This document shows, one piece after another, positions 11,445 to 23,907 of a DNA stretch of 64,000 nucleotides (position 1 is the first letter of the stretch; each line of letters starts with the position of its first letter). Position numbers and translations under genes: made by a program. The stretch is taken from the NCBI RefSeq assembly GCF_902713615.1, contig NC_052175.1:9899271-9963270 (forward strand), given 5' to 3'. The notes beneath the pieces are model-generated. The model was not told the origin of the DNA and made no database searches. It saw nothing but the letters and a program-made list of their open reading frames with translations. The DNA is from Scyliorhinus canicula (Eukaryota).

Positions 11445-14400
11445 CATTTGAGTGCGACAGTGAGAGTTTGGTGACTGAGGGAGTTAGGTGAGGAGGGAGT
11501 AAGGTGCTCCTGACATTTAATTTCCTATATTTATCAAAGAGCGTGAAGGGAGCCAGGAGTTTAGAGTACAGCTGACTGGAAGCAGAGTCAGAGGGCAGAG
11601 GTCCAGTTGTCTACAGGGCAGCTAGTTTTGTAAAGTAAGAGGGGATGGAGGCTAGGCAAGTTGCATGCTCCTCCTGTAGGATGTGGGTGGTGAGGGAATC
11701 CACTGGTGTCCCCGCTGACTATACCTGCGGGAAGTGCACCCAGCTCCAGCTCCTCAGAGACCGTGTTAAGGTACTGGAGCTGGAGCTGGATGAACTTCGG
11801 ATCATCCGGGAGGCAGATGGGGTTATCGAGAAGAGTTACAGGGAGGTAGCCACACCAAAGGTACTGGACAAGAGTAGCTGGGTTACAGTCAGGGGAAAGA
11901 AAACGAACAGGCAGACAGTGCAGGGATACCTCGTGGCCGTTCCCCTTCAAAACAAGTATACCGTTTTGGATGCTGTTGGGGGGATGACCAACCGGGGGAA
12001 GGCCCCAGCGGCCAGGTCTCTGGCACTGAGTCTGGCTCTGGGGCTCAGAAGTGAAGGGAGGGAGCATAGAACAGCAATAGTAATAGGAGATTCAATGGTG
12101 TTAGGGGAATAGATAGGAGATGCTGTGGTCGAGAGCGAGACTCCCGAAAGTGTTGCCTCCCGGGTGCCAGGGCCAGTGATGTCTCGGATCGTGTCTTCAG
12201 GATCCTGATGGGGGAGGGTGAGCAGCCAGAAGTCGTGGTGCACATTGGTACCAACGACGTAGGTAGGAAAAAGGGTGTGGAGGTAATAAACACGTTTAGG
12301 GAGTTAGTCTGGAAGTTAATGGCCAGGACAGACAGAGTTGTCATCTCTGGTTTGTTGCCGGTGCCACGTGATAGCGAGGCTAGGAATAGGGAGAGAGTGC
12401 AGTTGAGCACGTGGTTGCAGGAATGCTGTAGGAGGGAGGGCTTCAGGTATTTGGATAATTGGAGCGCATTCTGGGGAAGGTGGGACCTGTACAAGCAGGA
12501 CGGGTTGCATCTGAACCAGAGGGGCACCAATATCCTGGGGGGGAGGGGGGGTTCTAGTACTCTTCGGGAGGTTTTAAACTAATTTGGCAGGGGAATGGGA
12601 ACCGGATTTGTAGTCCAGCAATTAAGCAATTAAGGAAGCCAATATTCAGGACGCCAAAGCACGTAGTGATGCAGTGGGGAAGGTAACACTGACAAAGGAG
12701 AGTATTTGCAGGCAAGGAGATGGGTTGAAGTGTGTATACTTTAATAGAAGAAGCAGGAATAAGGTGGGTGAACTTAAGGCATGGATCGGTACTTGGTACC
12801 ACGATGTGGTGGCCATCACAGAAACTTGGATAGAAGAGGGGCAGAAATGGTTGTTTGAGGTCCCTGGTTTAGATGTTTCAACAAGATTAGGGAGGATGGT
12901 AAAAGAGGTGGGGGGGGTGGCATTGTTAATTAGAGATAGTATAACAGCTTCAGAAAGGCAGTTCGAGGGGGATCTGCCTACTGAGGTAATATGGGTTGAA
13001 GTCAGAAATAGGAAAGGAGAAGTCACCGTGTTGGGAGCTTTCTCTAGGCCCCCCAATAGCAGCAGAGATGTGGAGGAACAGATTGGGAAACCGATTTAGG
13101 AAAGTTGCAGAAGTCACAGATTAGTAGTCATGGGTGACTTCAACTTCCCAAACATTGTGTGGAATCTCTTTAGATCAAATAGTTTGGATGGGGTAGTGTT
13201 TGTTCAGTGTGTCCAGGAAGCTTTTCTAACACAGTATGTAGATTGTCCGACCAGAGGGGAGGCCATATTGGATATAGTACTTGGTAATGAACCAGGTCAG
13301 GTGATAGATTTGTTAGTGGGGGAGCATTATGGAGGTAGTGACCACAATTCTGTGAGTTTCACTTTAGTAATGGGGAGGGATAGGTGCGTGCAACAGGGCA
13401 AGGTTTATAATTGGAGGAAGGGTAAATACAATGCTATCAGACAAGAATTGAAGTGTATAAGTTGGGAACATAGGCTGTCTTGGAAGGACACAAGTGAAAT
13501 ATGGAACTTGTTCACGGGACAGGTACTGCGTGTCTTTGATATGTATGTCCCTGTCAGGCAGGGAAGAGATGGTCGAGTGAGGGAACCATGGTTGACAAGA
13601 GAGGTTGAATGTCTTGTTAAGAGGAAGAAGGAGACTTATGTAAGGCTGAAGAAACAAGGCTCAGACATGGCGCTGGAGGGATACAAGATAGCCAGGAGGG
13701 AACTGAAGAAAGGGATTAGGAGGGCTAAGGGAGGGCATGAAAAATCTTTGGCAGGTAGGATCAAGGAAAACCCCAAGGCCTTTTACACATATGTGAGAAA
13801 TATGAGAATGACTAGAGCGAGGGTAGGTCCGATCAAGGACAGTAGCGGGAGATTGTGCATTCAGTCTGAAGAGATAGGAGAGATCTTGAACGAGTACTTT
13901 TCTTCAGTATTTACAAACGAGAGGGGCCATATTGTTGGAGAGGACAGTGTGAAACAGACTGATAAGCTCGAGGAGATACTTGTCAGGAAGGAAAATGTGT
14001 TGCGCGTTTTGAAAAACTTGAGGATAGACAAGTCTCCCGGGCCTGACGGGATATATCCAAGGACTCTATGGGAAGCAAGAAATGAAATTGCAGAGCCGTT
14101 GGCAATGATCTTTTCGTCCTCGCTGTCAACAGGGGTGGTACCAGAGGATTGGAGTGTGGCGAATGTCGTGCCCCAGTTTAAAAAAGGGAATAGGGATAAC
14201 CCTGGGAATTACAGGCCAGTTAGTCTTACTTCGGTGGTAGGCAAAGTAATGGATAGGGTACTGACGGATAGGATTTCTGAGCATCTGGAAAGGAACTGCT
14301 TGATTAGGGATAGTCAGCACGGATTTGTGAGGGCTTAGTCTTGCCTTACAAGTCGTATTGACTTCTTTGAGGAGGTGACCAAGCATGTGGATGAAGGAAA

Positions 14401-15929
14401 AGCAGTGGATGTAGTGTACATGCATTTGATAAGGTTCCCCATTGTAGGCTTGTGCAAAAAGTAAGGAGGCATGGGATAGTGGGAAATTTGGCCAGTTGGA
14501 TAACAAACTGGCTAACCGATAGAAGAGAGAGAGTGGTGGTGGATGGCAAATATTCAGCCTGGAGCACAATTATCAGTGGCGTACCGCAGGGATCAGTTCT
14601 GGGTCCTCTTCTGTTTGTGGTTTTCATTAACGACTTGGATGATGGAGTTGAAGGGTGGGTAAGTAAATTTGCAGATGATACGAAGATTGGTGGAGTTGTG
14701 GCTGTTGTCGACTTCAAAGAGACATAGATAGAATGCAGAGCTGGGCTGAGAAGTGGCAGATGGAGTTTAACCCTGACAAGTGTGAGGTTGTCCATTTTGG
14801 AAGGACAAATATGAATGCGGAATACAGGGTTAACGGTTGGGTGCTTGGCAATGTGGAGGAGCAAAGAGATCTTGGGTCTATGTTCATAGATCTTTGAAAG
14901 TTACCACTCAAGTGGATAGAGCTGTGAAGAAGGCCTACGGTATACTAGCGTTCATTAGCGGAGTGATTGAATTTAAGAGCCGTGAGCTGATGATGCAGCT
15001 GTACAAAGCCTTGGTCAGGCCACATTTGGAGTGCTGTGTGCAGTTCTGGTCGCCTCATTTTAGGAAGGATGTGGAAGCTTTGGAAAAGGTGCAAAGGAGA
15101 TTTACCAGGATGTTGCCTGGAATGGAGAGCAGGTCATAAGAGGAAAGGGTATTCATTAGAACGGAAAAGAATGAGTGGCGACTTGATTTAGGTTTATAAG
15201 ATAATTAGGAAAATATATAGGGTTAGGTGGATTGGCCATGCTAAATTGCCCGTAGTGTCCTAACAAAAGTAAGGTTAAGGGGGTGGGGTTGTTGGGTTAC
15301 GGGTATAGGGTGGATACGTGGGTTTGAGTAGGGTGATCATGGCTCGGCACAACATTGAGGGCCGAAGGGCCTGTTCTGTGCTGTACTGTTCTATGTTCTA
15401 TATAGAGTAGACAGTCAGAGACTTTTTCCCTGGGTGGAACACACCATTACAAGAGGACCTACATTGAAGATAAATGGTGGAAGATATAGAGGGGATGTCA
15501 GAGGTAGGTTCTTTACCCAGAGGATAGTGAGGGCATGGAATGCACTGCCTGTGGGAGTAGTTGAGTCGGAAACGTTAGGGACCTTCAGGCGGCTATTGGA
15601 TAGGTACATGGATTATGGTAGAATAATGGAGTGTAGGTTAACTTCTTAAGGGCAGCACGGTAGCATTGTGGATAGCACAATTGCTTCACAGCTCCAGGGT
15701 CCCAGGTTCGATTTCGACTTGGCTCACTGTCTGTGTGGAGTCTGCACCTCCTCTCCGTGACTGCGTGGGTTTCCTCCGGGTACTCCGGTTTCCTCCCACA
15801 GTCCAAAGATGTGCAGGTTGGGTGGATTGGCCATAAAAATTGTCCAAGATTCTTTGATTAACCAAGGACAAACGTTCGGCGCAACATCGTGGGCCGAAGG
15901 GCCTGTTCTGTGCTGTATTTCTCTATCTA
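11445..15929 (+). mobile_element. Near full-length decayed CR1 (5' UTR, ORF1, ORF2, SINE-containing 3' UTR)
   Basis: ORF1 11645-12582 is broken near 12110 (CSSC..CGKC finger, LELELDEL zipper, GDS/GTND/DGLH esterase). ORF2 pieces run 12674-15649 with stops and frameshifts. Tail ends GGGCCGAAGGGCCTGTTCTGTGCTGTATTTCTCTATCTA. Confidence 0.93.
15221..15398 (+). mobile_element. 5'-truncated HE1-type SINE in CR1 ORF2
   Basis: GGTTAGGTGGATTGGCCATG...CTATGTTC flanked by TATATAG at 15214-15220 and 15399-15405. Confidence 0.92.
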
Positions 15930-16029
15930 ATAGGAGTAAGAGAGAAACTATCTTGTCCAGGAATACAGTTTACCGGATTTCGTAGTAATAAGGTTTTTTC
16001 TGATCAGAGGTTTCCTTGGTATTCACCCT

Positions 16030-17860
16030 GTAGAGGGTGAACTAATCAGGGTAGGCGCATTCAGTGGGTTGGGGAATTACTCAGGTTGGGGGCTGTTCAC
16101 AGGGAGGGGGAATTAAAGTTTGGATGGTTAAAGGGAGGTGATTATAGTCAGAGTCGGCAATTTTCACGTGACAGCACGGTACCAAAGGGGCAGCACGGTG
16201 GCACAAGTGGATAGCACTGTGGCTTCACAGTGCCAGGGTCCCAGGTTCGATTCCCCGCTGGGTCATTGTCTGTGCGGAGTCTGCACGTTCTCCCGGTGTC
16301 TGCGTGGGTTTCCTCCGGGTGCTCCGGTTTCCTCCTACAGTCGAAAGACGTGCAGGTTAGGTGGATTGCCCATGATGAATTGTTCTTTGTGGGCGAAAAG
16401 GTAAGGCGGGGTTATTGGATTCCGTTTATAGGGTGGAAGTGAGAGCTTAAGTGGATCGGTGCAGACCCGAATGGCCACCTTCTGCACTGTGCATTCCATG
16501 TTCACAGAGAGGGGGAGTACTCAGGGTTGGGGCTGTTAACAGGGAGAGGGTTTTAGTCAGGTTGGGGTCTGTTCATAGGCAGGGGGTATTATTCAGGATT
16601 GGGGCTGTTCACCGGGGGCGGGAATTAGGCAGGGTTGGGGCTGTTCACAGGGACGGGGAATTAGCCAGAGTAGGGGCTGTTAACATGGATGGATATTTAG
16701 TCAGTTGTATGCGCTTAACACGGGGTGATGTAATTTGTCAGGGTGGTATCTGTTCACAGGGGAAGCGTAATGGGTTGTTAAAGTGCTTTTCACACGGAGT
16801 GTGTCAGAGAAGGAATTATTACAGGCTGAGGGATTAGCCAGGGTAGCGTTGAGAACAGGGAGGAGCACTTCGTCAGAGCAGGGGCTGTTCACAGAGAGCG
16901 GGAATTAAACAGGGTATGGATTATTATCGCGTGGGGATTAGTTACCCACGGGGCTATTCACAGGGAGAGGGAATTCGTCAGGGTTACAGCGTAGGCTATT
17001 ACAGCGTGGGGATTAGTTACACACGGGCATAATCACAGGGAGGGGAATTAGTCAGGGCTGTTCACAGAGGGAGGGGCGATAGTCAGGGTTGGGGCTCCTC
17101 ACAGTAAGGGGGGATTGTTCAGAGACGGGGTTGTTCACAGGGATGGGAAGTGAGTCAGTGCTAACACCTTATACCTGGAGGGACATTAGTTCTGGCATGG
17201 ACCTTTCATAGGGAGGGTGCACCAGTCAGGACAGGATCTGATTAAAGCGGTGGTGACTGAGTCAGGGTAGCTTCTTGTCACAAGGAGAGGATTTGGTCAG
17301 GATAAGTGCTGGTCCCAGAGAGGGTGACTTTGTCAGGGTACAGCTTTGTCACAGGGAGGGGAATTAGTCAGGACAGGGACTTTTGAAGGGGGCGAGGTGG
17401 ATAAGACAAGATCTATTTAGATGGATGGTGAATTAGTCATGGCATGGACTGTCACTGGGATAGTTATAAGTCAGGGTCAGGGCAGTTGACATGGATAGAG
17501 GAATAAGGTTTGTTTGCGGCTATTCACAGATAGGGGGCATTAGTCAGGATAGGAGATTCTCACAGTAGGGCGTCAGTCAGGATAGTGGCCGTTCACAGGG
17601 AGGGGAAATGTGCCGGATTAGAGCTGTTTAAGGGAGGGGTCAGTTATGTAGGGATGTTATAAAGTGTGGGGACTTTAGTCAGAGTAGGCGATGTTCACAG
17701 AGAGGAGAGGTACTCAGGGTTGGGGCTGTTCACAGTGAGGATGAATGAGGCTTTTTTCAGGGAGTGGATTTAGTCAGGGTACGGTCTCCTCACAATGTGG
17801 GGTAATTTCTCAAGGGAGAGTGTCAGGGGTGGTCACATGGAGGATTATTGAAGGTAGGGC
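16030..17860 (+). repeat. Degenerate G-rich minisatellite, about 35-40 bp unit
   Basis: Recurring TTAGTCAGGGTTGGGGCTGTTCACAGGGAGGGGAA-like units, interrupted by a SINE at about 16188-16500. Confidence 0.85.
16188..16500 (+). mobile_element. V-SINE with the second tail type
   Basis: GGGCAGCACGGTGGCACAAGTGG head, V-domain, tail GGTGCAGACCCGAATGGCCACCTTCTGCACTGT. Confidence 0.88.
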
Positions 17861-18279
17861 TGTACATGTACAAACAGAATTAGGTGCTGCCAGTTTCCAA
17901 ACATTAATTTTCAATTGTTGCCACGGGGGATGGCTTCCATTTAATGTATCCTCTTTTGAACCAAAAGAGTCTGTTGAATAAGAAAGTTGAGACAGTACAG
18001 TCCGCCTCAAGGCGGACTAGCACAAAATTGGGGCCCTGTTTTGGTGCTTTACCATTTCGGGGACCTCTTCACAGGACCGCTCACAGTATTTGGGCGAAAA
18101 TGTAGAAACAGTATAAAACAAAAGATGCATCTATAAAAAAAGCAAGAACATAAAGATTGCTGTTGAATAGGGGGATATTTTGATTGAATGTAGAATCCAA
18201 CACACTGCAATCACGTTTATTGATAAGGAAATAAATTACAAGAACAACAATGGATATGTGGAACTTGAAAAAGTCTGGG

Positions 18280-18560
18280 CTGGAGTGTTGTGTTCATTTC
18301 CGGTACGGCAGTTCAGAAGGATTTGAAGGTATTGTATAGAGTTCAAAAAGGATTCACCAGAATGTTCCAGTACTGAGCAACTTCAGTTATTTGGAGAGAT
18401 TGGATACATGCGGTGAGTGTTCCTTGGAGAAGAGGAGTTTGAGAAGAGATTTGATGGAGGTATCCAGAATCATGAGTTATCTTGAGGAGATGGGGAGAAA
18501 TGGTTCCCATTGGTGACAAGATTGAGGATGAGTGGCTCTGGTTTAAATGAAGGAGTAAAT
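18280..18560 (+). mobile_element. Old CR1 3' fragment
   Basis: Decayed counterparts of RVQKRFTRM and SLEKRRLRRDLMEV. Confidence 0.65.
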
Positions 18561-18574
18561 AAAGTAATGATGAG

Positions 18575-18731
18575 ATAATAATAATCGCTTATTGTCACAA
18601 GGAGGCTTCAATGAAGTTACCACATTGTAGCGCTTGATCAGGGAGGCCGGTACGGGAATTCAACCTGCACCGCTGGCATTGTTCTGCGTTACAAGCCAGC
18701 TGTTGAGCCCACTGTAGGAAACCAGCCCCTG
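18575..18731 (-). mobile_element. Second tRNA-like SINE family, internally deleted
   Basis: Reverse complement starts GGGGCTGGTTT..CAGTGGGCTCAACAGCTGGC..GGTTGAATTCCCGTACC and ends GTGACAATAAGCGATTATTAT. Related pieces at 55586-58322 and 62730-62992. Confidence 0.7.
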
Positions 18732-19174
18732 ATAAGCGATGACGTTTTTCACATGGTGAGTGGAGAGGACAACCCACTGCCTGAGTGTGTGCTGAAGATC
18801 GGTTCAGTCAAAGCATTCAAAGGGGAATTCGACTGTCATCTGAATGTGAATCCATTGCAGGGTGATGTCTTGGACGCGTGGCACATTCCTCAGTCTTCAG
18901 GGAATCTCTGCTTTCTCATTCGTTGTGGCTTAGAAACCCAACCGATAATTGGACAACAATCCTCGTGAGAGGGTGGGCATTGGCTGGGCACGGCTGTTTG
19001 GAAGAGGAACATGGGGGAGCTCGAGTATTCCCCCTGAGACTGTGAGCGATCGGGTTCAGGATTCCTGACAAATTGAGGCATATCGCAGATTGAGATCCGT
19101 GATTGGTTGCAGCAGCTGTCATTCAGCGGGCGGCATCTCTGATTGGATGAGGCGGCTGTCAGATAGGGATCGGA

Positions 19175-19480
19175 ACGATAGTGGTACAGTGATTAGCACT
19201 GAGGCCTCTCAGCTCAAGGGCCCAAGTTCGATTCCCGGCTTGGGACGTTGTGCAGACGTCGTCTCTCCGTGTCTGCCTGGGGTTCCTCCCACAGTCCAAA
19301 GATGTGCACGTCAGGTGGATTCGCTATGCTAAGTTCTTCCTTCGTGTCCGAAAGGTTAGGGAGGATTGCTGGGTTATGGGGTAGTGTGGTGGTGTGGGTT
19401 TAATTAGGGTGCTCTTTCCAAAGGCCGGTGCAGACACGATGGACCTAATTGCCACCTTCTGCACTGTCGGGATTCTATGA
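19175..19480 (+). mobile_element. Decayed V-SINE with the second tail type
   Basis: GGTACAGTGATTAGCACTG head, AAGTTCGATTCCC, tail GGTGCAGACACGATGGACCTAATTGCCACCTTCTGCACTGT. Confidence 0.8.
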
Positions 19481-19734
19481 CCTCCGATTGGCAGCAGTTT
19501 ATCATTTAGTGGGCGGCTGCATGTCAGCGGGTGGTATCGCTGACTGGTTGCGACCACTGTCAATCAGCCGCAGGAACCTCTGATTGGCAGATGGAGGTCT
19601 GAGCCTGAAGCTGGTGCTCCGTGATTTGCTGCGGAGGCTTTGAGGCTCACATTGGAGGCCCATATTGTCTGAGGTTTCTATTAGTCAGTATTCCGAGCTC
19701 TCTGATTGGCTGTGGCACCTCAATGTCTGAAAGC

Positions 19735-20110
19735 AGAGCCCAAAGAGAAAATTCTGGAAAATATCAGATGGTCTGGCAGCATCTCTGGAGGGCGGAAAGA
19801 ATAACGTTTCGAGTTCGTTGACTCTTTGTCAAAGTTAAGAGACAGAAAAAGTTGGAAATATTTGTACTATGAAGTGAGAATGAAAGATGAGTCATTGCCA
19901 CAGAAACCCATGGAAACGGGGAGCTGATAGCCACAGAAACGAAGTTTCTGCCAATGGCAGTCCCCATAGAGAACAAAAGCTGCGAAATGCCAAACAGCAG
20001 CGAAACTAACATCAGAGGGTGAAATGTGACAGATGTAGATGAGGGGGGAGGCGTAAGCAAAGAGGACAATGGGTAAGGAAAGGTGGATAAGATGAGGGTT
20101 TAAATATATT
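19735..20110. mobile_element. Probable Penelope-like terminal fragment
   Basis: AAAATTCTGGAAAATATCAGATGGTCTGGCAGCATCTCTGGAG...AACGTTTCGAG resembles, from recall, terminal sequence of shark Penelope-like elements. Confidence 0.45.
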
Positions 20111-20270
20111 AAGACAGTAAGAAATGGTAATTACGAACCGGGAGAGACTGAGTGCGAGAGGTTCGAGCTGACCAGTGGCTTTCCGGTGCTGACAGGCGTA
20201 CCGCCCTCTGATCGGCTGAGGCGACTTTCAGCGGAGTGATGGAGTTGCTGATTGGCTGAGGGTCTTTCAG

Positions 20271-21211
20271 TCAGTGGCTGGAGTTCCTAATTGGTTGAGG
20301 GGCTGTCAGTCGGTATCCTTTATTGATTAATTTAATTAGTGATGTAACCGGAAATGTCACCGCGATCTTGAACTGTTCCCTGAACCTGGATTGAGTTATC
20401 ACATAAATAAATGTGTTTGTGCAGCAACTCAAATCCAACAGCATCGATCCGACTTCCTTTAAATTATATTGAGGAATGGTGAGGACAATTATCCCCCCCA
20501 AATCAAGATAGAAAACTTTAATGACAAACACTGTCCAGAGAAGAATGAAAGATCCAGAGATGCTGAAGAGCAAAATCATTGACCTCCTTCTGCTTTCCAT
20601 CTCTGGGTCTCTGCGATTTTCTCCCTGACTCTGAGCCCTCAGTCTCTTCCGGACTCGACTGGTGATTATAATGTGTCTGACAGTCAGAGCGTTGATCAAC
20701 AGGATTAAACCGAATGGGATCAACGGCATTGAAACCTGAGCAAATGTGATAAATGAAACCCACATGGGATCAGTAAAAAAACCGCTCTTTGGCCGACAAC
20801 CCCACTGGACATTGTCAATTATCTGTATAGGATGATACAGAAAGTACCAGGGGATGTTTTTTATACAGGATAGGAAACCAGTTGTTGACAGAATCACATT
20901 TGCAATTTTCCCGGTGCAATATTTAGTTTTCAGTTTCTGGCAGCGAATCGCCACAAATCGATCAAAGCAGAAAGAGATCGTGAACCAAACAGAACAGTCC
21001 GCGGCTGAAGACAGAAGAACATCTGCAACACTACACACAGGGGTAAGGTCCAGGAAATTCTGGGAGAAATAATAATAATTCATCCTTACCAGTATAAGTT
21101 TACTGATAATAATCATCAGATCCGCCACCGCCATGGCCACCAGGTATCGAGTGGTGCAGGTAGAGAGGCCACACTTCCCCCGACACAGAATCGCAATTCC
21201 CAGTAAATTAA
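20271..21211 (-). CDS. GPR139-like class A GPCR, coding exon 2 (TM1 end to stop)
   Basis: Acceptor TTTTCTGACAG|TT AAT at 21212/21211; 941 nt open: NLLGIAILCRGKCGLS, YLVAMAVADL, CFDRFVAI (DRY-like), IPFGLILLINALTVRHI, CCTNTFIY (NPxxY-like). Confidence 0.92.
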
Positions 21212-21508
21212 CTGTCAGAAAGAGGGAATGAAGATCTTGGAAATTACTGATTAAACATTCACCATGCCTGAACCGGGACAGGATTTTATCATCAAATAAA
21301 TGGGCAGTGGGTGACAGCGTTGGGTGATCAGTGGACACAGAGATTAACATTGCAAAGATGGAAGTAACAAAAGTGACCCAAGTGTTTAAGATGGTGGAAG
21401 GGAGAAAAGTGAGAATTGCAGCCCTGCTCGTTTGATGGCAGTGGCAGGAAAGGTGCTGAGTTAAAATGGCCCGCAACAAGCCGGCTTGGGTCATGTTTGT
21501 GGGCTGAG

Positions 21509-21716
21509 AGGGTGGCCTAGTGGTTAGCACAACCGCCTCACGGCGCTGATGTCCTAGGTTCGATCCCGGCTCTGGATGTGTGGACTTTGCACATTCTCCC
21601 CTTGTCTGCGTGGGTTTTGCCCCCACAACCCAAAAATGTGCAGAGTGGGTGGATTGGCCACGCTAAATTGCCCCTTAATTGGAAAAAATAATTGGGTAAT
21701 CAAAATTTTAAAAATA
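21509..21716 (+). mobile_element. Short A-tailed V-SINE with 16-bp TSD, in the GPCR intron (antisense)
   Basis: Same family as 7798-8034; ATGTTTGTGGGCTGAG at 21493-21508 and 21717-21732. Confidence 0.93.
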
Positions 21717-22814
21717 ATGTTTGTGGGCTGAGTGAAAGTGTCCTGCAAATTGAACACCCTGTCTGCGTTTAGTGTCCGCAGTGCAGATGAGACTGTGCTG
21801 GGAGCAGTGAGTACAGGAGACCAAATTGAAGCAACACATGTGAAACTGCTTCTCGAGAAAGCAGAGTTTGCTGCCCAGAATTTTGAAACGGGATGAGATA
21901 ACGATCAGTTGTGATACCGTCTGAGATTGCAAGGGCAGTGGGAATGGAAAGGGGTGTTGGGTGTGATGGTGAAGTTGACAAGCCTGTCCAGGAGGGAGCA
22001 GTACCAGAATAATGGAAAACATGTGTGGCTGGTTTGAGAGAAGTGTGTTGGAACGTGAGGACCGAGGGGGACAGTACTTTGTTTCCTGAAGGAAGGAGGA
22101 TGTATTAGGGCAGATGTGTGGGAAATTAACTCAAAAAATCCGTGGCACTGTCAGCGAAAGGAAACTGGTGGCAATTCCTGTCATGGAAAAGGCGTACATG
22201 ACAAAATTTACCAATTTCCAAGATGGCATCATCATAACGGAGGAGGAGAAACTGGGAGCCTCTTTGAAGAATAGTTCAGCAACAAGACAATAATGGTACC
22301 ACGCTTGTGAGCAGATTAGATCACCAGGTCAGTGTTGGAAATTAGTGAGCGGATTGGATCACGTTCAGAGGGAGACGGGAGAGGGTGGGCGAGAGGGGCA
22401 GATGAGATGGCCGATGTCGCACTGAGAGATCTCAATTAAAACTTCAAGAGCAGATCGGAGGCCAGAGGGTTGTGTCCGTATAGAGGAAGATTACTAGACG
22501 CGCAGAGATTTCAAACACAAATATTCATGCATATGTCAGTGAGAAACAGCAGAGACAATATTATCTGTTCACTAATTATCATCAGAATATTACCGAAGAA
22601 TAGAAAGGCAACAGTCAGTTTCTGTTATTCCTGAATATAAAACAGACAATAAATCAATTCCAGAAAATAATCTCCCAATCTCTACATCAAAAGTAAGAAA
22701 AAAGATTTTACAGCTGAGGTAGAAAAAAATCCAGTAACGCAGAGTATAATAAATAGTCAGCACAAAAACAGGTAGAGGAGTTAAAAGGGATTTGGTCTGA
22801 TTAGTGGAATGTGC

Positions 22815-23290
22815 GAAGTGGAGTTCCACGTCGATCAGCGCTGGGATAAACGTTGCTTCACCATTTACATCAACAATATGGAATCGGGAAGCAGAATGAC
22901 AATTACAAAATTTGCAGACAAATCCAAGTTGAGTGATTCGGTGGATAAATACAACCGAATACAGTCACACATTCATCATCAATCCCAACTTGGAAAGTTG
23001 GTATTTCAATCGGAAATTCATTTCCCAACAGCTCAGTGTCCGCTGCTGCATTTTGAACAGAACAATAAGTCCCCCAATCACTTCATTGGAAATTTAGCGT
23101 GTGAGGGGTTTCTGGGTTCAGATGAGCAGTTCAAAAACAACCATGAGAAAATCAACAAACATTGGAGTTCTTTTCAGAATTAATAGAAATATATGGCAAA
23201 ACCTATTAGAAAACTACACTGTTGTAGTTTTACTAAATGTTAGAGTGGTGGTGATGTATGTTTCCGTTGGAGCAGTTCAACAGTAAAAAT
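22815..23290 (+). mobile_element. Ancient CR1/L2-type RT fragment in the GPCR intron
   Basis: FTIYINNMESGSRMTITKFADKSKL matches the RT core around FADD. Confidence 0.65.
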
Positions 23291-23907
23291 ATGTCGCGAT
23301 ATTCACTTCACACAATAAATATTAAACATAATCGAAACGCAGCCGAATTCTCCCTGTTTACAATCTCTTGCAAAAGTAAAACAGAGGGAGCGAGATGGAG
23401 TGAGATCCCCTGGATGGAGCGACCACTCACCAATTAAATATATTGCTCCAAAATACAACAATTTATTTTAACCTACTTCCTGATCTATATTAAGTACAAT
23501 CCAGCATTGGCAGATACTTCCAGTAATACTTGCTCACTTCTGTCAGATAGTCCGATGTGTTCAGTAATCGACACCTGGTGCGATATTCTAATTACTCCCA
23601 CTGAATATTCCCTCTGAGAGATTGCCTTCACCGAGATCCAATCTAACATTATACAAGATTCTACCAAGAATGACTTCATTAATCCGAGATCCCGTGAGTT
23701 CCAAACGAGGTTCATTGTCAGTTGTTGAAAGGCATTCAAACCATAGATAGGTTTAAACATATTTAACTTTGCGTATTTACGTTGTTGATCAGGTCTCTGT
23801 ATAACAGTGCACACGAAATAAGCATTAAACAATGTCAGTCACAACTTAAACTCAGAGAGCCGCTCACACGCGGATTTACGCAGCTTCAAACTTTAATAAT
23901 CACTTAC

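Noticed and set aside
21212-21626. N-terminal 138 aa of the 451-aa GPCR ORF
   Set aside because: It reads through a SINE and intron. A consensus acceptor at 21212 and an in-phase exon at 23908-23974 explain the real N-terminus.
22590-22829. Hydrophobic 79-aa ORF as an alternative GPCR exon 1
   Set aside because: Non-ATG start, AT-rich composition, and no phase-compatible donor giving the conserved GVPVN junction.
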